Virus record (IMG/VR): IMGVR_UViG_3300005613_000005
Span: 27,213-91,212 of that record
Strand: one strand, 5' to 3'
DNA from: a virus
Lineage: Duplodnaviria > Heunggongvirae > Uroviricota > Caudoviricetes
DNA length: 64,000 nucleotides
Positions 35,754 through 45,359 of this stretch are shown here, piece by piece. Under the pieces are notes generated by a model, which saw only the letters and a list, made by a program, of their open reading frames with translations, searched no databases and was not told the origin of the DNA. The stretch's first letter is position 1. Each line of letters begins with the position of its first letter. A program made the position numbers and the translations under genes.

Positions 35754-35910
35754 CAAACTTGTTTTTCTTGGCTTGTTCGTGGTATTTGGAGTGAAGCATG
35801 GTTAGATCAAATGTCGTATACCCACAAAAATTACATTTTATCCACCAGATAAGCTCGGGGTGGTCCTGTAGGATAGCCACGTGGCATACGGGACAGATCT
35901 TTTGCTTCAT
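35734..35910 (-). CDS. zinc-ribbon protein (tentative)
   Basis: 58-aa reverse ORF MKQKICPVCH...CNFCG, convergent with previous gene. Confidence 0.3.
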   Translation of the reverse strand: MKQKICPVCHVAILQDHPELIWWIKCNFCGYTTFDLTMLHSKYHEQAKKNKFAKRHQK

Positions 35911-35964
35911 GCTTACATTATAACACGGGAGGATAGTAAGTTACTATAATAGTTAGGAGATTAT

Positions 35965-36219
35965 ATGAGAAAAATTATTAATTTTTTACCTACTCTGCTG
36001 TCATACGCTATGATCATCAGCGCGTGCTGGTTAACCCTCAACCAGATGGTATATCCTGCGTTTTGGTTGTTCATGGCAGTGCTGTGTTTATCACACTGGG
36101 TCGATGTTACGCGGTTGCGTGATACAATAGAGACTGTAAGAATGGAATCTAGGGATAATCTTAAAAAACAGGTGCAACTTATTGTGAACGCACTTAACAA
36201 TCACCATCACAAGGATTAG
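35965..36219 (+). CDS. small membrane protein
   Basis: two TM segments; AGGAG SD. Confidence 0.45.
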   Translation: MRKIINFLPTLLSYAMIISACWLTLNQMVYPAFWLFMAVLCLSHWVDVTRLRDTIETVRMESRDNLKKQVQLIVNALNNHHHKD

Positions 36220-36221
36220 AA

Positions 36222-36710
36222 ATGAAGTTTTTCAGTGAGATACTATCACCGTTTCTGATATATGCGTTGATATTGATGAGTTTACAACGGTCATGGCCTG
36301 TTCCTGGTCACGTTGACAAATATCTTAAGTTACACGCTGAACAGTGGGTCGTAGAATACAGAAATCGCGTTGACAAGGACTACGAGATGCCGTTCATAAG
36401 CATCAACTTTGGTCCTACCGATCGCGCTAAATCGTCTGCTATCGGCCTGTGTCTTCCCATACCATTCTTTCCTATCGTTTTAATCGATAGAGATTTTTGG
36501 TCTTTCGCGAGTAATCCAGAGAGAGAACAACTTCTCTTTCACGAACTAGGTCACTGTTTGTTGTGGCGTGGTCATACGTCGAAGACGTTTCGAGACGGCA
36601 GGCCCATAAGCATAATGAACCCAGTGTTGATATTATCCGACTATGAGTACATGAGCAATCGTGAGTATTACTTGAACGAATTGTTTGGGGTGGAATCGAT
36701 CAAGGAGTAA
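36222..36710 (+). CDS. zinc metallopeptidase-like protein
   Basis: HELGH (HExxH) with downstream conserved segment. Confidence 0.5.
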   Translation: MKFFSEILSPFLIYALILMSLQRSWPVPGHVDKYLKLHAEQWVVEYRNRVDKDYEMPFISINFGPTDRAKSSAIGLCLPIPFFPIVLIDRDFWSFASNPEREQLLFHELGHCLLWRGHTSKTFRDGRPISIMNPVLILSDYEYMSNREYYLNELFGVESIKE

Positions 36711-36712
36711 TT

Positions 36713-37063
36713 TTGGGACGTAGTAAGTACACAGATAAAGAGATAGAATTGTTAGATAAATTAAAACATGAAAATAGAAAACTCAAAAGAGCATTGAAAG
36801 CCGCGCGCAAGATGCTCGACAGGTATCAGGTAGCTGAAAAAAAAGGTCTGATTGAAGAAGACATAATAGTACCCAGTAAAAAACGTCAGAAAGAGAAAGA
36901 ACTTCGTGACAAATGGCAGTGCTACGAGTGCGATGGTGGCATTCTAGAGCTGATAATCGTTGGCAACCGTTATTTCAGGAAATGCAATGTGTGTGGCAAA
37001 CACACGCGTTCTCAGATATGGGACGAATCAGTAGAAGGGATTCGCGCTAAGTCTCGCGGATAG
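36713..37063 (+). CDS. coiled-coil / zinc-finger protein
   Basis: CYECDGG...CNVCG. Confidence 0.5.
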   Translation: MGRSKYTDKEIELLDKLKHENRKLKRALKAARKMLDRYQVAEKKGLIEEDIIVPSKKRQKEKELRDKWQCYECDGGILELIIVGNRYFRKCNVCGKHTRSQIWDESVEGIRAKSRG

Positions 37064-37193
37064 CTTCTTCATATTCCCAATATGCAATCTGCAGATCATC
37101 GACTATATCATAAAGAACATCGCTGTGTATTATCTTAAGTTTATACAGTAGTCGTACTAGTTCAGCCGCTTGCCAGACTTTTTCATACCTCAT
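37047..37193 (-). CDS. small protein, LLxxLxVI-motif family (outlier copy)
   Basis: 48-aa reverse ORF MRYEKVWQAAELVRLLYKLKIIHSD... Confidence 0.3.
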   Translation of the reverse strand: MRYEKVWQAAELVRLLYKLKIIHSDVLYDIVDDLQIAYWEYEEAIRET

Positions 37194-37336
37194 CAGTTAA
37201 ATTTTAACACGATTTTAGTTGTCAAAAATGTTATAATTAATGTATGAAATGCAACCCAAGTTCTACTCCTAGCACACGTTTTTTAATCAGTAAAACCTAA
37301 TAAATACATACACAATTAACGAAGGGGAAAATTCTT

Positions 37337-39976
37337 ATGTCAGATAAAATGAGTAGTTTTGCAACCAATATCATGCAGATGAAATATTCACATACGAAAG
37401 CTGATGATACTAAAGAAACATGGGAAGATATAGCACGACGAGTCACGAAAAACGTGATGGCTGAAGTGCCGATCGACAGAAAATTAAAGAAAAGGATAGA
37501 ACAGGCAATATGCGATCGAAAATTTATCCCTGCTGGACGGTATCTGTATGCTTGCGGTCGCCAATATCATCAGGTGCAAAACTGTCTGCTTCTAAGAGCA
37601 GAAGACAGTCGAGAAGGTTGGGCAGAGTTACTGCATAAAGCAGCTATGGCACTGATGACCGGTGCGGGAATAGGCATAGACTATTCTGGCATCAGAGCTG
37701 AGGGCAAAAAAGTTCGCAAGACTGGGGGTTTCGCGACGGGACCTTTGGCGTTGATGCAGATGATGAACGAGTGCGGTAGAGGGATAATGCAGGGAGGTTC
37801 ACGACGTTCTGCCATATGGGCTGGATTATCCTGGCAACATCCTGACATACACAAGTTCATAGACGCGAAAAACTGGCCGTCCGAGATACGTGAGCTGAAG
37901 AGCAAGAATTTCAATTTTCCGGCCACGTTGGACGGCACTAATATATCGGTCATACTAGACGATGAATTTTTCAAAGCGTACAACAACGATCGTCATAGTA
38001 AACATGCCCACGCGCATTCAGTGTATTGGGCTACCATCAAGCGTATGCTAAAGACCGGCGAACCTGGATTTTCAGTTAACTTAGGACAGAACTCCAAAGA
38101 AACACTTAGAAATGCTCCAATTCATAGTAATACACATGTACTTACTAAAAATGGTTATAAACAAGTGATAGATATTGTTAATAAGCCAATAACAATTTGG
38201 ACAGGTAAACAATGGGCTCGAGATGTAGTATTTCATAAAACAATTGAAAATGCAGAGTTGATAAAAGTGAAATTTAGCAATAATCGAGAGATTGTATGTG
38301 AACCTAATCATGAATTTCTAGTTGAAAAATATATTGGAAAAGGCAAAAAATATCGTAAATTAGAATCAATTGATCGAGTTCGTGCCATAGATTTACAAGC
38401 TCAAGATATATTACATGTCAGCATGCCTACATATTATGAAAGTTCATTTGATGAAAATGGATATACTTTTGGGTATATATATGGCGATGGATGTTTTCAT
38501 AAAATATTACCTAGAGCTGAAATAACATTTTGTACTACTGAGTCACAAAAATGTTCTAAATATATAAATACTAAATGGCTAACAAAATCAGACGTTTATA
38601 TGGAAAATAGAGGATATCTACAAGCAAATACAAAAAATTTAGATATACTTAAAAATAGATGTAAATCTATGTTTCCCATAGATATATATGCTAAAGACAT
38701 CAATTTTATATGTTCTTTTATAGCTGGCTTATTTGATGCAGACGGTAATTATGTTCAAAAACGACAGTTATTAAGATTAGGTAGTATACACTTTAATTTT
38801 TTAAAAGGAACTCAGCGACTTTTAGATCAAATAGGAATAAGTAGTTCTATTATTAAAGGCAGTACCGGTAATTTTAAAAATAGTTCTAGCAAATCATGGT
38901 TTTTAATTATACATAGTAACTCTATAAAACATTTTCAACAATTAATACCTACAAAAAGAATAAATGTATGTGCTGATAATTATAATCCTTACAGACAAAC
39001 ATTGATTAAAGTTAAATCGATTGGTTTATTGGACGAACACAGTGACGTATATTGCTGTGATACTAAAGTACCAGAACATAGTTTTATGGCTGAAGGAATA
39101 ATAATATCGAACTGCACTGAAGTGTGCAGCGAAGACGATTCTGATATATGCAACCTAGGTTCTATCAATATGGCAGCGATAGACACGATAGAAGAGTTCA
39201 AGAAGGTCGTAGAACTAGCCACTGCGTTCTTGTTGGCAGGTACTCTATACTCCGATGTTCCTTATCCTAAGGTAGATCAGATCCGATCTAAGAATCGTAG
39301 GTTAGGACTAGGAGTGATGGGCGTTCACGAATGGTTGTTGAAACGAGATAAACCATACGCTCCTGACGAAGAACTAGGTAAATGGTTGGAGATATACGCT
39401 ACGTCAACCGAGATAGCAGCGAGGTATGCCGAACAATGGGACATATCTAAGCCTGTTAAAACTCGAGCTATCGCACCTACAGGAACTATTGGTATACTAG
39501 CAGAAACTACTACCGGTATAGAACCAATCTTTGCTGTTGCCTATAAGCGCAGGTATCTCAAACACCATACATGGCATTACGAGTACGTCGTAGATCCATG
39601 CGCGGCTCGACTAATTGAATCAGGAATTCCAGAATATAAAATCGAGGACGCCTTTAAACTATCGGAAGACATTGAGAAACGCGTCCAGTTTCAAGCGTGG
39701 GTGCAGCAGTACGTAGACCATGGCATATCTTCTACTATAAACTTACCGGCGTGGAAATCCCAACACAATAACGATTACAAGATATTACCGTTCGGTGAGA
39801 TGTTGTTGAAATACTTGCCCAAACTACGCGGCATAACGGTTTTTCCAGACGGCAGTCGCAGCGGTCAACCGTTGACTCCTGTCAAATATAGCACAGCGGT
39901 AAAATATACTGGAGAAGTAGTACAAGAACAAGCCGATATATGCTTAATAACTAAAGGTGGATCATGTGGCGAATAG
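37337..39976 (+). CDS. nrdJ: ribonucleotide reductase, class II-like (NrdJ-type), interrupted by an intein
   Basis: N-terminus ETWEDIARRV resembles monomeric class II RNR; no ATP cone; active-site segment ..NLGQN/CTEVCSEDDSDICNLGSINM parallels SNLCLEI...VCNLASL of RNRs; ~340-aa AT-rich insert carries LAGLIDADG (FIAGLFDADGNYV). Confidence 0.7.
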   Translation: MSDKMSSFATNIMQMKYSHTKADDTKETWEDIARRVTKNVMAEVPIDRKLKKRIEQAICDRKFIPAGRYLYACGRQYHQVQNCLLLRAEDSREGWAELLHKAAMALMTGAGIGIDYSGIRAEGKKVRKTGGFATGPLALMQMMNECGRGIMQGGSRRSAIWAGLSWQHPDIHKFIDAKNWPSEIRELKSKNFNFPATLDGTNISVILDDEFFKAYNNDRHSKHAHAHSVYWATIKRMLKTGEPGFSVNLGQNSKETLRNAPIHSNTHVLTKNGYKQVIDIVNKPITIWTGKQWARDVVFHKTIENAELIKVKFSNNREIVCEPNHEFLVEKYIGKGKKYRKLESIDRVRAIDLQAQDILHVSMPTYYESSFDENGYTFGYIYGDGCFHKILPRAEITFCTTESQKCSKYINTKWLTKSDVYMENRGYLQANTKNLDILKNRCKSMFPIDIYAKDINFICSFIAGLFDADGNYVQKRQLLRLGSIHFNFLKGTQRLLDQIGISSSIIKGSTGNFKNSSSKSWFLIIHSNSIKHFQQLIPTKRINVCADNYNPYRQTLIKVKSIGLLDEHSDVYCCDTKVPEHSFMAEGIIISNCTEVCSEDDSDICNLGSINMAAIDTIEEFKKVVELATAFLLAGTLYSDVPYPKVDQIRSKNRRLGLGVMGVHEWLLKRDKPYAPDEELGKWLEIYATSTEIAARYAEQWDISKPVKTRAIAPTGTIGILAETTTGIEPIFAVAYKRRYLKHHTWHYEYVVDPCAARLIESGIPEYKIEDAFKLSEDIEKRVQFQAWVQQYVDHGISSTINLPAWKSQHNNDYKILPFGEMLLKYLPKLRGITVFPDGSRSGQPLTPVKYSTAVKYTGEVVQEQADICLITKGGSCGE
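38093..39112 (+). other. intein with LAGLIDADG homing endonuclease domain inside RNR gene (approximate boundaries)
   Basis: insert begins at Ser after ..LGQN and ends ..IISN immediately before catalytic-type Cys (CTEV); markedly lower GC than flanking extein. Confidence 0.6.
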
Positions 39977-39977
39977 A

Positions 39978-40287
39978 ATTTGCAATAAATGTAAATGTAA
40001 TATAATATATGCTAAAAATTTATGTAAACAATTATAAAACTGGATCAGCGGTTAAAGATCTAGGATGTGATATTAAAGAATTTAAAAAATATATAGAATC
40101 TAAATGGTCACAAGGAATGTCCTGGGATAATTATGGATACAATGGTTGGCATATCGACCATATTATTCCTTTAGTTAATTTTGATTTAACTGATAAAAAG
40201 CAATTAAAAGAGGCTTGTCATTATGGCAATTTACAACCTTTGTGGAAAAATGATAATTTAGAGAAAAGTGGTAATTATGAAAATTAA
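39978..40287 (+). pseudogene. decayed HNH homing endonuclease (frameshifted N-terminal Zn-finger remnant + intact C-terminal HNH block)
   Basis: 39978..40040 encodes ICNKCKCNIIYAKNLCKQL* without start codon in a different frame from 40009..40287 (GSAVKDLGC..WHIDHIIPL..NLQPLW). Confidence 0.5.
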
Positions 40288-40798
40288 AGTACATAAAGAG
40301 GCTGGCTATGAAGAGGCTTTAATGGGACTTTCTTTTAATAAGAATCAACCGTTAGAAAACATGCACGGAGTAGCTGATAAATTAGTTAATAAAGACGGCG
40401 GACATAATAAATTTCTTGAAGCCATTATTATTTGGGTAGAAGTTGAAGCGCCAAGATATATGTGGTCACAAATGGATACCTATAGACTTTCTACCAAACA
40501 AAGCCAAAGCACTATGCATACCATACTAAAACGTCCTCTCACCAAAGATGACTTTAAAGACAGACATATAAGTTGGTGGACCCTCAGACGACTCAACAAA
40601 CTGATTCGGAATCAAGATTTTCATAAATTAAAAAAAGAGCTACCTGAAGGCTTCATGCAGCGCAGGATGTGGTGTATGTCCTATAAAACACTGCGAAACA
40701 TCTACAAACAGCGTAAAAATCATAGATTAAGAGAATGGCATATGTTTTTAAACGCCGTGCTCGACCAAATTCAACATCCAGATTTTATCGTAAGGTAA
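40277..40798 (+). CDS. ThyX-fold (Thy1 family) protein with variant active-site motif
   Basis: GGHNKFLEAIIIWVEVEAPRYMWSQMDTYRLSTKQSQS aligns with ThyX SGHESVLEH..RHRx7S region but RHR replaced by TYR; start trimmed to ATG 40277. Confidence 0.5.
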   Translation: MKIKVHKEAGYEEALMGLSFNKNQPLENMHGVADKLVNKDGGHNKFLEAIIIWVEVEAPRYMWSQMDTYRLSTKQSQSTMHTILKRPLTKDDFKDRHISWWTLRRLNKLIRNQDFHKLKKELPEGFMQRRMWCMSYKTLRNIYKQRKNHRLREWHMFLNAVLDQIQHPDFIVR

Positions 40799-40807
40799 AA
40801 TAATGTA

Positions 40808-41437
40808 ATGAAATGTCAAGAATGTAGTAAAGAATTTGAGTCAAAAGCTCATAACGCGAAATTTTGTTGTAAACGCTGTAGTAATAAACATTGGAAATCC
40901 TGTAATAAAGATAAAATGCGGGAGTACAATTTGAACAGTAAAGAATATAAGAAACGATGGTATATTAAAAATAAAGAGAGAATTAAGAAAAAGAAAGAAA
41001 ATAATAAACAACATCTTAAAGTCTATAACAAACATTGGCAAGAACAAAACAAAGACAAAGTACATCAATACCGTATAAAAAATAAAGAAAAATATCGAAA
41101 AAGACGCAAAGAACGTTATCAAGATGATGTTCAATATAAAATTAAGAAAAATTTAAGAACTCGTTTAAATATAGCTTTAAAAAACAATCATAAATCAGGT
41201 TCTGCTGTTAAAGATCTAGGCTGTTCTATTGAAGATTTTAAATGTTACTTAGAATCTAAGTTTGATGCCCCAATGTCCTGGGACAACTATGGACAGTGGC
41301 ACATAGATCATGTTCAACCTTTAGCTAGTTTTGATCTAACAGACAGAGAACAACTAAAAAAAGCTTGTCATTATAGTAATTTACAACCATTATGGGCTAA
41401 GGATAATCTTCAAAAAAGTAATAAAATTACGAATTAG
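40808..41437 (+). CDS. HNH homing endonuclease
   Basis: paralog of 27908 gene (CQECS/CCKRC, GSAVKDLGC, WHIDHVQPL, NLQPLW). Confidence 0.7.
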   Translation: MKCQECSKEFESKAHNAKFCCKRCSNKHWKSCNKDKMREYNLNSKEYKKRWYIKNKERIKKKKENNKQHLKVYNKHWQEQNKDKVHQYRIKNKEKYRKRRKERYQDDVQYKIKKNLRTRLNIALKNNHKSGSAVKDLGCSIEDFKCYLESKFDAPMSWDNYGQWHIDHVQPLASFDLTDREQLKKACHYSNLQPLWAKDNLQKSNKITN

Positions 41438-41480
41438 TATAATAATAATATACGAATATACTTTAATAAGGGAGAGTTGT

Positions 41481-42182
41481 ATGGCTGAAAAGAACAATTT
41501 GAACGATAATGGAGATGAAACTTGGGTATACAAATTCGATGAAGAAGCAGCTCACAAATTCCGAGTTGACGTTAAGAACAAATCAAAGAGGGATCCCAAC
41601 GCGCCTATCATAGTCTACATCGACTCATACGGTGGAAACGTTGATGGCATGGCTAAGATGATAGATACCATGGACGAGATCCCCAATCCTATCATAACAG
41701 TATGCATGGGAAAATCTATGTCTGCTGGGGCTATCCTGTTGTCGCACGGTGACATGCGTTTCTGTTCAAAGAACAGCAGGATAATGATCCATGAGCTTTC
41801 AGCAGGGGCTTTTGGGAACGTTCGCGACATCGCCAACGATACCGATGAGTTGATGAGGATGAACAGGCATTGGATAGGTTTGCTGGCCAAGAACTGCTGC
41901 ATAAGCGGTGGTTACAACGGTATACGCAAAGTCATAAAAGACAACGACAACCAGAGCATCTATCTGGACGCTGTTATGGCAAAACAGTTCGGCATCGTCG
42001 ATTGCATCGGTGTTCCGACCACCAACGCCGCGGTCTTGTACGAGGTCCTGACGTTAAAAGAAAAAGAAAAGAAACACATGCGCATGGAAGACTTCGAGAA
42101 ACTCCAGAAGAAGATAGCAAAACAGGGTGCTAAGAAAAAAGCACGCAAGAAAAAAGCTACGAAAAAGAAAACTAAAAAATGA
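41481..42182 (+). CDS. ClpP-like serine protease (S14 family-like) with Lys-rich tail
   Basis: IVYIDSYGGNV...CMGKSMSAGAILLSHGD.RF...RIMIHEL matches ClpP core motifs. Confidence 0.6.
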   Translation: MAEKNNLNDNGDETWVYKFDEEAAHKFRVDVKNKSKRDPNAPIIVYIDSYGGNVDGMAKMIDTMDEIPNPIITVCMGKSMSAGAILLSHGDMRFCSKNSRIMIHELSAGAFGNVRDIANDTDELMRMNRHWIGLLAKNCCISGGYNGIRKVIKDNDNQSIYLDAVMAKQFGIVDCIGVPTTNAAVLYEVLTLKEKEKKHMRMEDFEKLQKKIAKQGAKKKARKKKATKKKTKK

Positions 42183-42189
42183 GGTGAGT

Positions 42190-42516
42190 ATGGCTAAATG
42201 GGATCATACGGTAATGGTTATCGAACCGCAGGACGTAGAGTGCGTCTATAAGTTCTGGGACAACTTCGGGTTCAAGATGTCTGATAGTCTCAAGGATGCA
42301 TTAGAGAATTTTAAAGCTGATCCTACTATCGTCACACAGCGTGAGTTAAGAAAACAACTTACAATAGCAACGACTGCCATCAAAGATGAGGCGTTGGCCG
42401 AACTCTTCAAACCTGTCCTAGAAGCCTGTCACGAGAAAGCCGTGGAGATGCAGTTTGAAGACGATATAGACGAGATGCTCCAAGTTGATCCAGACGAAGA
42501 AGGGTATAATAAGTAA
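42190..42516 (+). CDS. hypothetical protein
   Basis: GAGGTGAG SD; ATG 42190. Confidence 0.45.
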   Translation: MAKWDHTVMVIEPQDVECVYKFWDNFGFKMSDSLKDALENFKADPTIVTQRELRKQLTIATTAIKDEALAELFKPVLEACHEKAVEMQFEDDIDEMLQVDPDEEGYNK

Positions 42517-42672
42517 ATGAGTCTGATAATGGTTAGATTTTTAGTAATTATTGGGATGATTGTATTTTTCACTGTACTAGGAACCTCTATGGGATATGCT
42601 ATAGGGTATGAAAAAGCATATATCAAAGCTAAAACTAGTGAGCGAAGAAAAAAAGACCGTCGAAAAACCTAA
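42517..42672 (+). CDS. small membrane protein
   Basis: 51 aa with TM segment. Confidence 0.35.
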   Translation: MSLIMVRFLVIIGMIVFFTVLGTSMGYAIGYEKAYIKAKTSERRKKDRRKT

Positions 42673-42685
42673 AGAAGGAGAAAAC

Positions 42686-43540
42686 ATGAAATTATTTTTA
42701 TTATTGTGTATGCTGCTCGTGGGTACCAGCGCATTCGCCAAAAATGACAAGAAGCTCGACGTTGTTCTAAAAGATGATAACTTTTTTGCGGTTACTTCAG
42801 TCTTTACAGAACGTCTTTTAGAAGACTTCAATCGTAAAGTTATGACTTACGACGGCGATGAGCTCATCGTGTACATCGATAGCCCAGGAGGCAGCGTATT
42901 TTCTGTAGCGCGCATGGTATCTATAATGAGGTCATCTGAGGTTAAATTTACTTGCGTAGCTCGTTTCGCCGCTTCTGCCGCGTTCACGATGTTTCAAGCC
43001 TGCACCAACAGGTATATCTTGTACGATGGTATCATAATGCAGCACAATGCTTCTGGTATTTTCTGGGATGAATTTCCCAGGATCGAAACATTATATACCG
43101 CGATCAAAGATATAGTTACCGATATGGAAACACAGACAGCAAAAAGGATGAAGATGGAGTTCAAGGATTTCAAGGTGGCCATCAACAACAACCTGTGGTT
43201 GTCTAGGATCACCGCTCCAAAATACAACGCGATCGACGCCGTGATAAACACTATAAAATGCGAAGAGTCACTGATCAAGAAAACCATCACTAAAGCAGAA
43301 AGAAAATGCGGTTGGTTCAGCTGTTCGACTACCTATAAAAAATATTCAGCGTGCCCGCTGTTAACCCTTCCTCTTCCCGAACCTCCTAAAAAAGATAAAC
43401 CTGCTGATGATGGATGGTACGACGATGAATTCTACGATGGACATCCTTTATATCTTCCGTTTGATGAAAAAATCAACACGAACATCAAGAACTTCATGCA
43501 CATAGCCCCTTATACTATTAAAGATAAGATCATGAAATAA
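42686..43540 (+). CDS. secreted ClpP/S49-like serine protease paralog
   Basis: AAGGAG SD; signal peptide MKLFLLLCMLLVGTSAFA; LIVYIDSPGGSV...ARFAASAAFTMF...IIMQHN. Confidence 0.55.
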   Translation: MKLFLLLCMLLVGTSAFAKNDKKLDVVLKDDNFFAVTSVFTERLLEDFNRKVMTYDGDELIVYIDSPGGSVFSVARMVSIMRSSEVKFTCVARFAASAAFTMFQACTNRYILYDGIIMQHNASGIFWDEFPRIETLYTAIKDIVTDMETQTAKRMKMEFKDFKVAINNNLWLSRITAPKYNAIDAVINTIKCEESLIKKTITKAERKCGWFSCSTTYKKYSACPLLTLPLPEPPKKDKPADDGWYDDEFYDGHPLYLPFDEKINTNIKNFMHIAPYTIKDKIMK

Positions 43541-43571
43541 CTGATTAAAAATATCGAGCGGGTATAATAAA

Positions 43572-43600
43572 GGTACGGTTGAAAAATCGTACCTTTTTTT
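43572..43600 (+). terminator. rho-independent terminator
   Basis: GGTACGG..CGTACC + TTTTTTT. Confidence 0.5.
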
Positions 43601-43613
43601 ATATGGGGGATTT

Positions 43614-44900
43614 ATGAACGAACTCGATATCCTAGACTTGGTAGAAAACGCGATCGGCAAACAGAAAGAAGCTATCTTAAAAAAGCACAATAAGAACCAG
43701 AGGTTATTTGAGTTACTTGATGCAGCATTAAATTTCAAAAGAAAATTTTACATAAAGAAGTTTGATGACATGGTGACCGGAGTACAAAGCTATGTCCCGT
43801 CATTCCACGATCATTTCATGACATTGCTGACTGATCTAGAAACCAGGGAAATAGTCGGTAACGACGCTATTATACGAGTGACCAATCTGTTGCGAAGTGT
43901 TGGGCCGCAGCAGGCTAAATGGTACTCAAGGGTCATCCGCAAAGATCTTAAGATAGGGTGTAATTTAAGTACGGCTATCAAAGCAGGTTTCGAGATTCCA
44001 AAATTTGAGGTGCAACTCGCCAAAGACGGTAAGAAATGTAAGTGCATCGATAAAATTCTAAAGAACGGCGCGTTCTCGAGTCCCAAGTTTGATGGATACA
44101 GGTGCATCGCTATAATAGAAGATGGTGAGGCTAAATTATTATCTCGCAACGGTACCGTGTTCACCAACTTTCCATCGATAGAAAAGAGTTTAGTAGATAT
44201 GTGGTGGAGCGAAGAACACAACACCAGGTACATCTTCGATGGCGAGATAATGTCGGACGATTTCAACGCCATGCAGCAATCAGCGTTCGCTTCAAAACGC
44301 GGGACGACAGTAGGAGACGTTTCCTATTATATCTTTGACATGATCCCCATAACAGAATGGGAATCTAATGTGTTCACGACCAACGCTAAGGCTCGATATG
44401 AGCGCCTCGAACTCCTGTTTACATGGTCAGAATCAAAGATAAGAAGACTCAACATAACGAATTTAAAATTGGTTGAACACAAACCGGTTTCTACGATGGA
44501 CGAGATCCGGCAGATTGAACGAGAATACATAGAGAACGGTTTCGAGGGGGTGATGTTGAACCCAGATATCCCGTATTACAGGGGCGAAAAATCCAACAAG
44601 ATGTTGAAGTTCAAGACTATGAAATCGATGGACTGCGTAGTATTAGGAGTATATGAAGGTGAAAATGGTAAGAAATTTGAGGGAACATTGGGCGGTGTTA
44701 TAGTTCGTCAGGAAAATGGTATCGAATGTAAAGTTGGCAGTGGTTTTAACGAGATCAAAGGTTCATGGAAAGAGAGAGATGCTATATGGAGAAATCCGGA
44801 CGTGATAATCGGGAGAACGATAGAGGTAAAATATCAAGAAATAGGATCAGAAGGAAGGATGAGGTTTCCCGTGATCATGCGTTTTCGGGACGACAAGTAG
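43614..44900 (+). CDS. ATP-dependent DNA ligase
   Basis: motif I KFDGYR, III FDGEIM, IV EGVMLN, V LKFK. Confidence 0.7.
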   Translation: MNELDILDLVENAIGKQKEAILKKHNKNQRLFELLDAALNFKRKFYIKKFDDMVTGVQSYVPSFHDHFMTLLTDLETREIVGNDAIIRVTNLLRSVGPQQAKWYSRVIRKDLKIGCNLSTAIKAGFEIPKFEVQLAKDGKKCKCIDKILKNGAFSSPKFDGYRCIAIIEDGEAKLLSRNGTVFTNFPSIEKSLVDMWWSEEHNTRYIFDGEIMSDDFNAMQQSAFASKRGTTVGDVSYYIFDMIPITEWESNVFTTNAKARYERLELLFTWSESKIRRLNITNLKLVEHKPVSTMDEIRQIEREYIENGFEGVMLNPDIPYYRGEKSNKMLKFKTMKSMDCVVLGVYEGENGKKFEGTLGGVIVRQENGIECKVGSGFNEIKGSWKERDAIWRNPDVIIGRTIEVKYQEIGSEGRMRFPVIMRFRDDK

Positions 44901-45063
44901 TTACCCTGCGACGTACCCACACGCCTAATAACTGGGCCGTGTTCAGCGGTGACGTACAGATATCTCCGACTTGGTATGGGAACAAGTATCAGGTGATTGA
45001 TCAAGCCAAAGCGTGGATATCATCGTGGACTTGGGAATTGGAGATAGAAGACGAGGAGAAAGA

Positions 45064-45357
45064 ATGAGATACTTAATTTTAGTAAGTTTATTGTTGGTCA
45101 GCTGCAATGTGTCGACTTTCTTTAAAAGTGATCTGTTGTATTGTGCTGAAGAGTCCAGTATGAAAAGAACGTGCGTGAGAGTGATAGAGGGATATCGCGT
45201 CAACAGCCAAGAGATATTAAGTCTTGTCCCTTTGTTACACCAAAATACCGATAAGCAAAACGTAGAGTTCTGTCGCGCTGTGTTGAAGAACGGTAGGATA
45301 CTTGATTTTTCAGCACACTGTGATGATTTTTTTGAGTTTATACAGAAAGTGAGGTAA
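45064..45357 (+). CDS. lipoprotein-like protein
   Basis: LVSLLLVSCN lipobox; start trimmed to ATG 45064. Confidence 0.45.
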   Translation: MRYLILVSLLLVSCNVSTFFKSDLLYCAEESSMKRTCVRVIEGYRVNSQEILSLVPLLHQNTDKQNVEFCRAVLKNGRILDFSAHCDDFFEFIQKVR

Positions 45358-45359
45358 GT

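Noticed and set aside
40841-41134. Minus-strand hydrophobic ORF inside HNH gene 40808-41437
   Set aside because: It is the antisense of AAG/AAA-rich coding sequence.
43553-43570. TATAAT-like sequence GGGTATAAT immediately before a terminator hairpin
   Set aside because: Its position directly upstream of a terminator makes promoter function doubtful, so it was left uncalled.
44765-45067. ORF overlapping the ligase 3' end
   Set aside because: The first ~45 codons overlap the ligase gene in another frame and no RBS is visible. Only the last ~40 codons are outside the ligase, so it is not called; it could be a minor frameshift extension.
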